The notes beneath the pieces were generated by a model, which had not been told where the DNA came from, made no database searches, and saw only the letters and a program-made list of their open reading frames with translations. The translations under genes and the position numbers were made by a program. A stretch of 64,000 bases of DNA from Candidatus Gallipaludibacter merdavium (GTDB lineage: Bacteria; Bacteroidota; Bacteroidia; Bacteroidales; Paludibacteraceae). The stretch lies in the NCBI GenBank assembly GCA_017694875.1, contig JADIMG010000084.1, positions 2,663 through 66,662 of the forward strand, read 5' to 3'. How positions within the stretch are numbered: position 1 is the stretch's first letter; each line of letters starts with the position of its first letter. Positions 15,806 through 24,714 of the stretch are shown piece after piece.

Positions 15806-16675
15806 ATGAAAGCACCCGAACTACATTCAGAAGCGCCATTTTTCACCGTTTCCTATACCCATACCACTCAAAGGGAATTGTTCGAACGGCATTTTAAAGT
15901 CATTAAAATCATATCCGGACATGCGCTTTTTACAGCACAGCAGCACACACTATGCGTAAAGTCAAACGAATATGCCTTTGTTACGCCTGGCGGCTTCTCC
16001 AAAATAAAGATGTTTCCTGCCAAAAACCAGGCGTTCAGGCTCATCTGTTTGAACTTTACAGACAAAATCATCAACAAACATGTGCGTTTGCATGGCATAA
16101 CAGGCTCTCCATCCCACAAAATGGACTGCTTTGAAAAAATCCGCCCGGATGCATGGCTTGATGCGCTTTTTGCGTCATTAAATGCCTATTGCAACAAACA
16201 AGATCAGCCTGACAACGATTTGTTGAGAATCAAGCAGGAAGAGTGTCTGTACATTCTCTCACAACGGCATCCCGACCTTTATTTGTCGCTCTATGCCAAA
16301 CGAAACCACCAACGGCAAGACCTCAACAGTTTCATGGAGAAAAACTACATGTATAACGCCCCTCTGGAGCGTTTTGCGGAGTTGTCGGGCAGAAGTCTTT
16401 CTACCTTCCGAAGGGAATGTATGGAACTGAGCGGCATGACTCCCGCCCAATGGATTACGGAGAAAAGGCTGGAGAAAGCCTATCAGAAACTGACACAGGA
16501 AAACTGCCAACCAAGCACCATATTCAACGAACTGGGCTTTGAAACATTGGCCCATTTCTCCAGAAAATTCAAGCAGAGATACGGATTTCCTCCCTCAAAA
16601 GCCAAACCGACTGCTACAGAAACGCCTGCAAATAATGGGCAAGCGCCTCTTTGTCATAACCGTCACGAGGAATAA
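15806..16675 (+). CDS. AraC family transcriptional regulator
   Basis: C-terminal double HTH: LERFAELSGRSLSTFRRECMELSGMTPAQWITEKRLEKAYQKL ... LAHFSRKFKQRYGFPPS. Confidence 0.8.
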   Translation: MKAPELHSEAPFFTVSYTHTTQRELFERHFKVIKIISGHALFTAQQHTLCVKSNEYAFVTPGGFSKIKMFPAKNQAFRLICLNFTDKIINKHVRLHGITGSPSHKMDCFEKIRPDAWLDALFASLNAYCNKQDQPDNDLLRIKQEECLYILSQRHPDLYLSLYAKRNHQRQDLNSFMEKNYMYNAPLERFAELSGRSLSTFRRECMELSGMTPAQWITEKRLEKAYQKLTQENCQPSTIFNELGFETLAHFSRKFKQRYGFPPSKAKPTATETPANNGQAPLCHNRHEE

Positions 16676-17069
16676 TCAATATCGTGTCATATCCGGCTAT
16701 GGTGCCCAGAATCATTTCCGATTCCTGCGCATCTATCTCCATGGCCAAAGCCTGCGCAAGGGCGGGACGGGTCTTGAGCACCCCGAAACGCCCGGAAAAC
16801 TCCAAAGACAAGGCTTTTCGGGAAGTCTGTTGGGTTGGCCCTTCAGTCAATGTCTCATCTTCCAGCTTCATCGGCAATACATAGCAATCCTTTCCATTGG
16901 GTTTGCGCACCTTCCGTACACCCAAATCCTCCAAATCACGCGAAATGGTGGCCTGCGTTACCTTACATCCACGCGAACGCAAAGCATCACACAAGGATTG
17001 TTGGTCGGAATACAACCCAGCACGCAGCAATGTGGCCAATAAAGACTGACGGTTTGCTTTTGACATCAT
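16614..17069 (-). CDS. argR: Arginine repressor
   Basis: N-terminal wHTH QSLCDALRSRGCKVTQATISRDLEDLGVRKV. C-terminal oligomerisation domain with GTIAGYDTILII (ArgR GTIAGDDT motif). Confidence 0.85.
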   Translation of the reverse strand: MMSKANRQSLLATLLRAGLYSDQQSLCDALRSRGCKVTQATISRDLEDLGVRKVRKPNGKDCYVLPMKLEDETLTEGPTQQTSRKALSLEFSGRFGVLKTRPALAQALAMEIDAQESEMILGTIAGYDTILIIPRDGYDKEALAHYLQAFL

Positions 17070-17230
17070 AAGGCATCATTGATTTCTGGTTACAAAGATA
17101 ATACAAGGCGAGTGGAGTGACAAATGAAAAACAAAGTTTTGCAATTTGGCAATCCCGAGCCGATAGTTATCTTCTTTAAAGATAATACAACAAGCCATTC
17201 CCTACTACAAGGCATTCCAATAAAATAGCC

Positions 17231-17238
17231 TATATTTG
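17231..17238 (+). promoter_or_regulatory. -7 promoter box TATATTTG
   Basis: Matches TAnnTTTG, 13 nt upstream of the ATG at 17251. The ORF-track TTG start at 17236 lies inside this box. Confidence 0.5.
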
Positions 17239-17250
17239 CAAACCAAAATT

Positions 17251-19266
17251 ATGCGACACTTTTTCATCACCATACTATTGACTACCCTAACGGCCATTGC
17301 TGTGTCACAAACACCCGGCGATACGGTTTGGTATTCACTGCATGCACTCGATTCGCTTCAGGAAATCGAGGAGATAACCGTTACCGCCAAACGCAGGGAC
17401 AAGGAAATCATTACGCCCCAGAAACTGGAAGGAAAAACCCTGCAACGCCTCAACAGCCTTTCCGTGGCCGATGCCATACGCTATTTTGCGGGCGCACAAA
17501 TCAAGGACTATGGTGGTGTGGGCGGCATCAAGACCATTGACATTAGAAGTATGGGCTCCAACCACATGGGGGTCTATTACAACGGCATCCAGCTGGGCAA
17601 CGCCCAAAACGGACAGATAGACCTGGGAAAATTTTCACTTGAAAACTTAGAGGAAATCACTTTATACAGCGGTCAGCGAAGCGATATTTTCCAGTCAGCA
17701 CGTGAATTCGGTTCGGCAGGAAGCGTTTACCTGCAATCAAGAAAGCCGAAATTCCAAAACGGGAAAAACGTCAATGTCAAGGCATCCATGAAAGGTGGCT
17801 CCTTCTTTTTGGTCAACCCTTCACTGCTCTTGGAATACAAATTGACAGACCAAATCAGCATGTCCATGAATGCGGAGCTGACCAGCTCTGACGGCAAATA
17901 CAAGTTTCGCTACAAACGGGTGACGCCTTCCGGCGAGGTGGCCTATGACACCACAGCCATACGCGAAAACGGCGATATCAACGCCATACGTGTGGAAACG
18001 GGCATACAGCACTACTATTCATCTACCGGCTATTGGAAACTGCACACCTACCACTACAATTCCGAACGGGGCATCCCCGGTGCCATTGTCAACAATGTAT
18101 GGCGGCGTGGCGAACGCCTTTGGGACAGGAACAGTTTCCTGCAAGGCAGCTTCGAGGATGAGTTTTTCCGCTTCTGGGGGTTGCGTGTCAATGCAAAATA
18201 TGCCTATGACTACACACATTACGTGAATAACGACGACAAACTCATCCACACCGACAACCAATACAAACAGCGGGAGTTTTACATTTCAGCTGCCAACAAG
18301 TTCGCTTTGTTCAATTGGTGGGATGTTTCCTTGGCCTATGATTTTCAATGGAACAACATGTCGGAATATATCGATGCCACCCGCACCAGCCATTGGTTGG
18401 CTGCCGCTACAGCCATGAACTTCTACGACAAACTGAAAATGCAGGCCAGTATTTTAGGCACATTCATTAACGACCACACTGGTAAATCCCATACCAAAGG
18501 AAGTTATCGTGCCACACCAGCCATCTTCCTGTCCTACCAGCCTTTTCACGACATAGGATTATCGTTGCGTGCCTTCTACAAGCAGGCTTACCGTTACCCC
18601 ACTTTCAACGACCTGTATTACACCGACATGGGTAACGCCGAGTTGAAACCGGAGCTGGCCATACAACACAATGTCGGATTACATTACAACCTCAAGCAGG
18701 AAAAGAAAATCTTCCACCAGTTCCACATTGGCGTGGATGTCTATTACAACAAGGTGAAAGACAAAATCATTGCCTATCCGAAAGGGCAGCAGTTCCGCTG
18801 GACCATGCTCAACCTTGGCCTGGTCAAGATTCATGGAGTGGATGCCGATATGCAAATGACCTTATTACTCCCGGCGGATTGGACGCTGACGGGCAAATTG
18901 CAATACACCTACCAGCAAGCCATTGATGTAACTGACCCTGCCGACACCTACTATGGCGACCAGATACCCTACATTCCCTGGCACAGCGGTTCGGCCATTG
19001 CCATGCTCACTTGGCGCAACTATGGACTGAACTACAGCTTCATCTATGTGGGCGAACGATACAGCCAGCAGGAAAATATCATCTACAATTACGTGCAGCC
19101 TTGGTACACCCACGACCTTTCCATCATGGGCATGTGGAACATCAACAAAGTGCGCCTCAAAGCCACTGTCGAAGTCAACAACCTGCTCAGTCAAGACTAC
19201 GATGTCATTATCAACTACCCCATGCCTAAACGCAACTACCGCATCGGGTTATCAGTGGAATTCTAA
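17251..19266 (+). CDS. TonB-dependent outer-membrane receptor (BtuB-size, no SusD partner)
   Basis: Signal peptide, a plug domain (EEITVTAKRR...SVADAIRYFAGAQIKDYGGVGGIKTIDIRSMG) and a C-terminal beta-barrel ending ...YRIGLSVEF. Confidence 0.85.
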   Translation: MRHFFITILLTTLTAIAVSQTPGDTVWYSLHALDSLQEIEEITVTAKRRDKEIITPQKLEGKTLQRLNSLSVADAIRYFAGAQIKDYGGVGGIKTIDIRSMGSNHMGVYYNGIQLGNAQNGQIDLGKFSLENLEEITLYSGQRSDIFQSAREFGSAGSVYLQSRKPKFQNGKNVNVKASMKGGSFFLVNPSLLLEYKLTDQISMSMNAELTSSDGKYKFRYKRVTPSGEVAYDTTAIRENGDINAIRVETGIQHYYSSTGYWKLHTYHYNSERGIPGAIVNNVWRRGERLWDRNSFLQGSFEDEFFRFWGLRVNAKYAYDYTHYVNNDDKLIHTDNQYKQREFYISAANKFALFNWWDVSLAYDFQWNNMSEYIDATRTSHWLAAATAMNFYDKLKMQASILGTFINDHTGKSHTKGSYRATPAIFLSYQPFHDIGLSLRAFYKQAYRYPTFNDLYYTDMGNAELKPELAIQHNVGLHYNLKQEKKIFHQFHIGVDVYYNKVKDKIIAYPKGQQFRWTMLNLGLVKIHGVDADMQMTLLLPADWTLTGKLQYTYQQAIDVTDPADTYYGDQIPYIPWHSGSAIAMLTWRNYGLNYSFIYVGERYSQQENIIYNYVQPWYTHDLSIMGMWNINKVRLKATVEVNNLLSQDYDVIINYPMPKRNYRIGLSVEF

Positions 19267-19274
19267 AAAAAGAA

Positions 19275-19300
19275 GCCCGTCGGCCAAACGGCCAACGGGC
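19275..19300 (-). terminator. Rho-independent terminator (mainly for the minus-strand HIT gene)
   Basis: GC-rich hairpin gcccgtcggcc / ggccaacgggc with one mismatch and a 4-nt loop. On the minus strand it is followed by a T-run (the + strand shows aaaaaaag at 19264-19272). Confidence 0.6.
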
Positions 19301-19330
19301 GAAATGCATCGTAAAAGCTAAAAGCCTATC

Positions 19331-19762
19331 TTACAATCCCAACGCCTTGCGCATATCGGCTACCATAGCCGCATATTCCTCGTCCGTCAAATAGACTTCC
19401 CCCGGATTCATACGGAATGTGCCACCATAATCAGGACCATCTACATATTTCGGAGCCAAATGGAAATGCAAATGCGACAGCTTGTCGCTATAAGCTCCAT
19501 AATTGATTTTTTCAGGGTGAAATACATCGTTCATTGCACGCGTAACACGTACCACATCCGCCATAAAGGCATTGCGTTCTTCATCATTCAATTCGTTCAA
19601 ATCGTTCACATGCTTGTCATAAGCCACCAGGCAACGTCCGTGGTAGGTTTGTTCTTTAAACACAAACGCACGTGATACACTCAAATGGCCAATTTCAATC
19701 ATCAAGTCATGCAAAGTCTGATTGTTGGTGCAATACAAGCACTCTTTCGGATCACTATACAT
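19331..19762 (-). CDS. HIT (histidine triad) family protein
   Basis: Histidine triad motif LSHLHFHLAPKY. Confidence 0.8.
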   Translation of the reverse strand: MYSDPKECLYCTNNQTLHDLMIEIGHLSVSRAFVFKEQTYHGRCLVAYDKHVNDLNELNDEERNAFMADVVRVTRAMNDVFHPEKINYGAYSDKLSHLHFHLAPKYVDGPDYGGTFRMNPGEVYLTDEEYAAMVADMRKALGL

Positions 19763-19805
19763 AATAAGTTGCTTTTAAAGTTTGAGGCAAAGGTACAAAA
19801 TTGTT

Positions 19806-19840
19806 TATAAAAAAAGCGCCGCCCTCAAGACGACGCTTTC
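19806..19840 (-). terminator. Rho-independent terminator downstream of the lipoprotein gene
   Basis: The minus strand reads aaagcgtcg-tcttgaggg-cggcgcttt followed by tttttt. The stem has one mismatch. Confidence 0.55.
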
Positions 19841-19859
19841 CTCAGCTATTGTTTTATTA

Positions 19860-21257
19860 TTAATTCTTTTTTACAAAGTAAGCACCCATAACCTCAACCT
19901 TGCCATTGTATGATCCGCGGTAGCCGCGAATAGTAATATTGTCACCCTCATTCAAGCCAAGAGAGGCATAAGACTTGTCGTTTTGTCCGCCTGCAGGAAT
20001 ATAAGTAGCAGTCAGACCATATACATAAACAGAACCCGTTTCATCAACCAAATCAAAGTTACCATACGTAGTATTAATACTACCTTCACCGGCACTTATT
20101 GTACCTGTCAATTCATAATATACTTCTTCCGATTCTGATGCCTCAATAAATTCTGCTATTGTAACTGGGGTTGCTTCTGGCTCAACTATAGGCTCATCAG
20201 GATTCAAACCATATTCAACACCATCAACAACAGCATATGTTGGTGATTTTACACCAGGAACACGGAAATATGCTTCCAAATTACCATAGACCAGAATTTC
20301 TTTCTGATACATATCCCCATTTTCAGGGAGGTTCAAAGCATTTCGTAATTCACCGCTTGGCAGTTGTACCGGTACAACATTCTTCACATCAGTTTCATCA
20401 ATGCTGACAGCAATTAAAATATTTGTATTGTACGTATTTAACTCTCCTGTATTTTGATTTGTTGAAGGTGTCCAAGGCGCAACAAACTCAGAGCCACTAT
20501 CTAAAGATTGACCAACGACTTGACCAACAATATATCCTTTTACATAGAATGGGCCAACTATAGAATTATTAAGGGAAATTACATCGCTTACTGTGTATGG
20601 TTCTTCTTTAGTTCCTTTTCCCGTCAATTCTGTACTTTCTCCTGCAGCTTCCCCTTCTTCCACAGCAACACTCTTCACTTCAATAGTACCTGCTTTCGTA
20701 TCAGTCGATACATATTTAATAGCAAAACGGATTGTTTTGCCCACATAAGAAGTCAAGCTATATTCAGTGGTTGCAAAGGTATTCCAATCAGTTCCTTCAA
20801 CCAATGCACTGGCAGGCTTAACTTCCGTCCATTGTGCAGTAGAAGGAGCTCCTTCTGTATAGTTTTCAGAAACCCATACCGTAATATCCGCTGATAAGTT
20901 GTCAAAATATTGTGCAACATATTCCATTTTCAGCTTAGCAGCGGTAACATTCTCCAACTTGATTTCTGGAGAAATCAACCAGTCTTCATTGGCGCGATTT
21001 TCTTTGGTCGCATTAATATATCCCGTCATCTTGGCTGTCTCGTAATCAATCATCCAAGATTCGTCACCCAAAACATCCTGTGTAGTAAATTCACCAAATG
21101 AGGTAGAGAATTCCCAAGAGAATATTCCTTCTGTAGGCTGCTTATCATTTCCTCCGTCATCAATACCCGGACCTGTAATTTCAGGCTCGTTGTTACATGA
21201 AGCAAATGCCAGCACAAACAAGGCGGCAAGTGCCATAAATAAATTTTTCTTCTTCAT
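19860..21257 (-). CDS. Surface lipoprotein with C-terminal OB-fold-like domain(s); function unknown
   Basis: Lipoprotein signal MKKKNLFMALAALFVLAFASC. The C-terminal segment YELTGTISAG...GNFDLVDETGSVYVYGL...GDNITIRGYRGSYNGKVEV resembles OB-fold (tRNA_anti-like) modules found on extracellular nucleases and binding proteins. Confidence 0.4.
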   Translation of the reverse strand: MKKKNLFMALAALFVLAFASCNNEPEITGPGIDDGGNDKQPTEGIFSWEFSTSFGEFTTQDVLGDESWMIDYETAKMTGYINATKENRANEDWLISPEIKLENVTAAKLKMEYVAQYFDNLSADITVWVSENYTEGAPSTAQWTEVKPASALVEGTDWNTFATTEYSLTSYVGKTIRFAIKYVSTDTKAGTIEVKSVAVEEGEAAGESTELTGKGTKEEPYTVSDVISLNNSIVGPFYVKGYIVGQVVGQSLDSGSEFVAPWTPSTNQNTGELNTYNTNILIAVSIDETDVKNVVPVQLPSGELRNALNLPENGDMYQKEILVYGNLEAYFRVPGVKSPTYAVVDGVEYGLNPDEPIVEPEATPVTIAEFIEASESEEVYYELTGTISAGEGSINTTYGNFDLVDETGSVYVYGLTATYIPAGGQNDKSYASLGLNEGDNITIRGYRGSYNGKVEVMGAYFVKKN

Positions 21258-21506
21258 AATGTTCTAATTTTTAGTTAGTTTTATTCCTTCAAAATTAAAT
21301 GAGGAAGCAAAAATAAGGAATACTTGGCAAAACAACAAATATCCACAAACATTTAATACAATCTTCATAAATTCTGCCATATACGACACAAGGCATCAGC
21401 AGCTCATCCATCGCTCCATATAGTTAAATTAATAAAACAATATAAAATAAAAATTCAAAATAGGACGCAACACGGAACATATCATTTTACTTCGTAAAAA
21501 AAATCG

Positions 21507-21514
21507 TACCTTTG
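21507..21514 (+). promoter_or_regulatory. -7 promoter box TACCTTTG
   Basis: Matches TAnnTTTG, 38 nt upstream of the ATG at 21552. Confidence 0.45.
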
Positions 21515-21551
21515 CACACCCATAAAGTTTGCTTGCAAACTCTATAGTAAA

Positions 21552-22163
21552 ATGATTATGACACTAGACAACTATAAACTTACATTACTAACTGCTGTTT
21601 TTATTTTTATCATACTACCAGCTAGAGGACAAATTAAATTCCCCAGTTACAAACCGGCGGAACAGAATTTCCGTGCAGCAACACAACCGGAAGCACAGAC
21701 CCAGCAATTTTACTCCATTACATCTGAAGAAGGACAAGCAACCATCCAAATAGAGAAAAAACAGTACAACCCTACGGCCGTACCAAATTCGTTGTATAAA
21801 AACGACTACAATTATTCTACCAGCGGCCTACAACTCTCAACTAATAAAACCATTAAGAGCTTTGGTGGAGGGACAGGAACTGTAAGTTCAACGGGAAGAA
21901 GAAGCACCAACCAAAAATTAAATACCACAAACAATACTAGTCTCTCATACTCTAGCCTAACATATAGGAAGAACGAAACGGAAACAAAAGAGAACATAAT
22001 ACAACAAGAGACACAAACCATACAAGACTATACTGAGGAAGGGATGTCACGCCTCCCTAGTGAACCGGGTACTAACCCAGATCAGATGCCTATACCTTCG
22101 GGTATTTCATTCTTGCTGATATCCGCAGCCCTTTACGCATTTATTTTCAAAAATAAAAAGTAG
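21552..22163 (+). CDS. Hypothetical secreted S/T/N/Q-rich protein with a C-terminal TM helix and basic tail
   Basis: N-terminal signal/TM LTLLTAVFIFIILPARGQ, a low-complexity middle, and the C-terminus PIPSGISFLLISAALYAFIFKNKK. I recognise no family. Confidence 0.4.
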   Translation: MIMTLDNYKLTLLTAVFIFIILPARGQIKFPSYKPAEQNFRAATQPEAQTQQFYSITSEEGQATIQIEKKQYNPTAVPNSLYKNDYNYSTSGLQLSTNKTIKSFGGGTGTVSSTGRRSTNQKLNTTNNTSLSYSSLTYRKNETETKENIIQQETQTIQDYTEEGMSRLPSEPGTNPDQMPIPSGISFLLISAALYAFIFKNKK

Positions 22164-22207
22164 AACTATCAATCTTAATTTATCCGACCAACTCAATCTT
22201 GACTATC

Positions 22208-24523
22208 ATGAGGAAATTCGTTTTTATATTAATTATTATAAGTTGCGCCATTATTAATGTAGCCGCACAAGTAGCTGCCACTTTGAAAAGCGATGCCATA
22301 TCTGGCAATTGGTCAGATCCAATATGGGAAATAAATTACAATGGGAACTCATACGAAAATTTAATTGATTTGCCTACTAACATCCTAAATGGACAAATAC
22401 AATTGTATTTTGAAAATTCAGCCCAATTAAACATGGAGGCTTTCTCTGGGAATCCACCTTTTAAAAACATAATTTACAACCAAATTATGTTTGTAAACAA
22501 TGACGGAAGAACAATCAATGGAACAAGCAAGATAACAGTTAAAACTATTTCAAATTGGTCCTATGGCACCCATACATTCAACGTTCCAGTTGAAATCAAA
22601 GAAGTAGGAACATTGGATGTCTATGCACCACTTATATTCAAAAAAGCCTTTACTTCCACAGCAAGTGACATTACTTTAACGGCCAATGAAGGAGCGATTG
22701 AGTTACAAGAAGGTCAGAGTTACTATGTTTTTGAAAACACGGTAAATACAAAAATACTCAATATAAACGCAGAAACCATTTTCAACTCCAAACTAACTTG
22801 TTCTGGACTAAATATTGCAAAATCATCAAAAAAAGTTACTTTTAAAGATGACGTCCAAGTGAATGGAGATGCTATCGGTAATGGTGTATCCAATTACGAA
22901 AAGACACTAAATATTACGGGACATCTTACCACGAATGATACCACAGCCATACAAATGCATACAACAGTTGGTAAAAACTGCTATATCAACGCTCCTCTCT
23001 ACATACTTGATACATTAAAGGTCAGTGGAGATATTCTAATTACCAGTAACTCCCCTATTGTTATAATGCAAAGTCTCAATGGAACACGCAAAGGATGGTT
23101 ACAGATGACTGAAGAAAATCATGAAATTCCATTGCTGCACATTTACAATGGAGGAATGGCAAATATATCTAATGGCACTATCTACAAACTTGCTTTCAAA
23201 GGAGCATGGAATGCAGGAACAGCCAATGCAACAACAAACGTAATGCTAAAAGATGAAACTATCAATAACCTTTCAATGGTTCGTACTGCCAACGAAAGCA
23301 GGAAATTGCCTATAAACGGAACGGGACTCACCATAAACAATACTACAATAGAAATGGATTTTCCCAACCCAAGCCGTTATTATTGTGTAGGTTTCCCGTT
23401 TGATGTGACAGTTTCAGGTTCTCCCGAAGAAATTGCAGAATACGATGGTGCAACCAGAAGCAACGGAGGTGCTGGATGGAGATTAGCCACAGGCAATACG
23501 CTTAAAGCTGGACAAGGCTATGCTATCATGTCAAGTACACCTGTGACATTCACTGCTACCAATACAGGTGCAAAATTCACACAAACAACTGGTACATTGC
23601 CTCTAACATACTACAAAGGAACAAGTACTTACCAAGATAATTACGGATGGAACTTAGTGACTACACCTTTCGCCAATCCCCAACCGTTGAATATAACGAA
23701 AGGAATGTTTGTATATAGATACGTGCCTGAATCTGATAACTACACTACCCTAGAAACTGGTGATGCATTTACCCCCCATCCTTTTGAGGCTTTCTTTATC
23801 AAAACAGCAGAAGGAACCGAAACTGCAGAATTTGGTGCCACACAAGCATCCATGCCAAGTAGAATAGCAAGGGCGGCACAACCCCGCATCGAATTAAGCC
23901 TATTGGCAGATGGATATGAATATGGCACACGTATCAACTATAACGAAAATGCCACTACAGCCTATGATGCACTATATGATGCTCCTTTCTCTGGCGGAAT
24001 GATGCCAAATGCCACTTGGTTCTACAGTTTCTGTGCAGGTCAAAACGGACAATACGCCATTAATGCTGTACCTGAAGAAATCGAAAGCATCAACCTTGGT
24101 TTCCGCCTTATGAACACCAATGGCGGCACATCCTATACCATCACGTGGGAAAACATGGCAGGAATGGACCTTGAACTGTATGACACAGAGATGCAGATTG
24201 CAACAGACATGGTCAGCCTGAATTCCTATAGTTTCCTGGTTGCCAATGACGGTATCAATACAGAACGTTTCGTGATACGCAAAAAGAATGCTTCCGGACC
24301 AACTACTTCCATAGAAGAGGTTTCCGCAAACAAGAACATCCTTATCCAAGAAGGCACTATCATTATCAACACAGAAAATTCTGCACACATCAGTATATAC
24401 GATATAATGGGACATGTAATAGCAGAAGGCTATAACAAAGGCCAACAGCAATATAACATTGGACAGCCAGGTATATACGTTGTAAAAATCAATGGAGAAG
24501 CAACTAAAGTATTGGTAAAATAG
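22208..24523 (+). CDS. T9SS cargo protein (large beta-rich surface protein with Por/T9SS C-terminal sorting domain)
   Basis: Signal peptide MRKFVFILIIISCAIINVAAQ. The ORF-track start at 22199 is a TTG. The C-terminal ~80 aa (...ISIYDIMGHVIAEGYNKGQQQYNIGQPGIYVVKINGEATKVLVK) match the type A T9SS CTD pattern. Confidence 0.7.
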   Translation: MRKFVFILIIISCAIINVAAQVAATLKSDAISGNWSDPIWEINYNGNSYENLIDLPTNILNGQIQLYFENSAQLNMEAFSGNPPFKNIIYNQIMFVNNDGRTINGTSKITVKTISNWSYGTHTFNVPVEIKEVGTLDVYAPLIFKKAFTSTASDITLTANEGAIELQEGQSYYVFENTVNTKILNINAETIFNSKLTCSGLNIAKSSKKVTFKDDVQVNGDAIGNGVSNYEKTLNITGHLTTNDTTAIQMHTTVGKNCYINAPLYILDTLKVSGDILITSNSPIVIMQSLNGTRKGWLQMTEENHEIPLLHIYNGGMANISNGTIYKLAFKGAWNAGTANATTNVMLKDETINNLSMVRTANESRKLPINGTGLTINNTTIEMDFPNPSRYYCVGFPFDVTVSGSPEEIAEYDGATRSNGGAGWRLATGNTLKAGQGYAIMSSTPVTFTATNTGAKFTQTTGTLPLTYYKGTSTYQDNYGWNLVTTPFANPQPLNITKGMFVYRYVPESDNYTTLETGDAFTPHPFEAFFIKTAEGTETAEFGATQASMPSRIARAAQPRIELSLLADGYEYGTRINYNENATTAYDALYDAPFSGGMMPNATWFYSFCAGQNGQYAINAVPEEIESINLGFRLMNTNGGTSYTITWENMAGMDLELYDTEMQIATDMVSLNSYSFLVANDGINTERFVIRKKNASGPTTSIEEVSANKNILIQEGTIIINTENSAHISIYDIMGHVIAEGYNKGQQQYNIGQPGIYVVKINGEATKVLVK

Positions 24524-24544
24524 ATTTCGTGATATTATAAAGTG

Positions 24545-24587
24545 AACAAGGAGGGAACGGGTCAAAAGAGTTCTCTCCTTGTTTTTT
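24545..24587 (+). terminator. Rho-independent terminator
   Basis: Stem aacaaggagggaac / gttctctccttgtt (one G-U pair) followed by tttttt, 22 nt after the stop. Confidence 0.7.
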
Positions 24588-24680
24588 GTATGCTCCACAC
24601 ACATATTTCCATCAAAAATAAATCACTGTAACTACTCCCTTTTCCATATTCATCCATTTGGATGTATGAGCAAAAAAATG

Positions 24681-24688
24681 TAACTTTG
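24681..24688 (+). promoter_or_regulatory. -7 promoter box TAACTTTG
   Basis: Matches TAnnTTTG, 27 nt upstream of the ATG at 24715. Confidence 0.45.
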
Positions 24689-24714
24689 CACATAAATCAC
24701 AAGCCTTTACGATT

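Noticed and set aside
17070-17250. Cobalamin or other riboswitch upstream of the BtuB-sized TonB-dependent receptor
   Set aside because: The -7 box sits only 13 nt before the ATG, which leaves no room for a riboswitch leader. I saw no B12-box-like conserved element.
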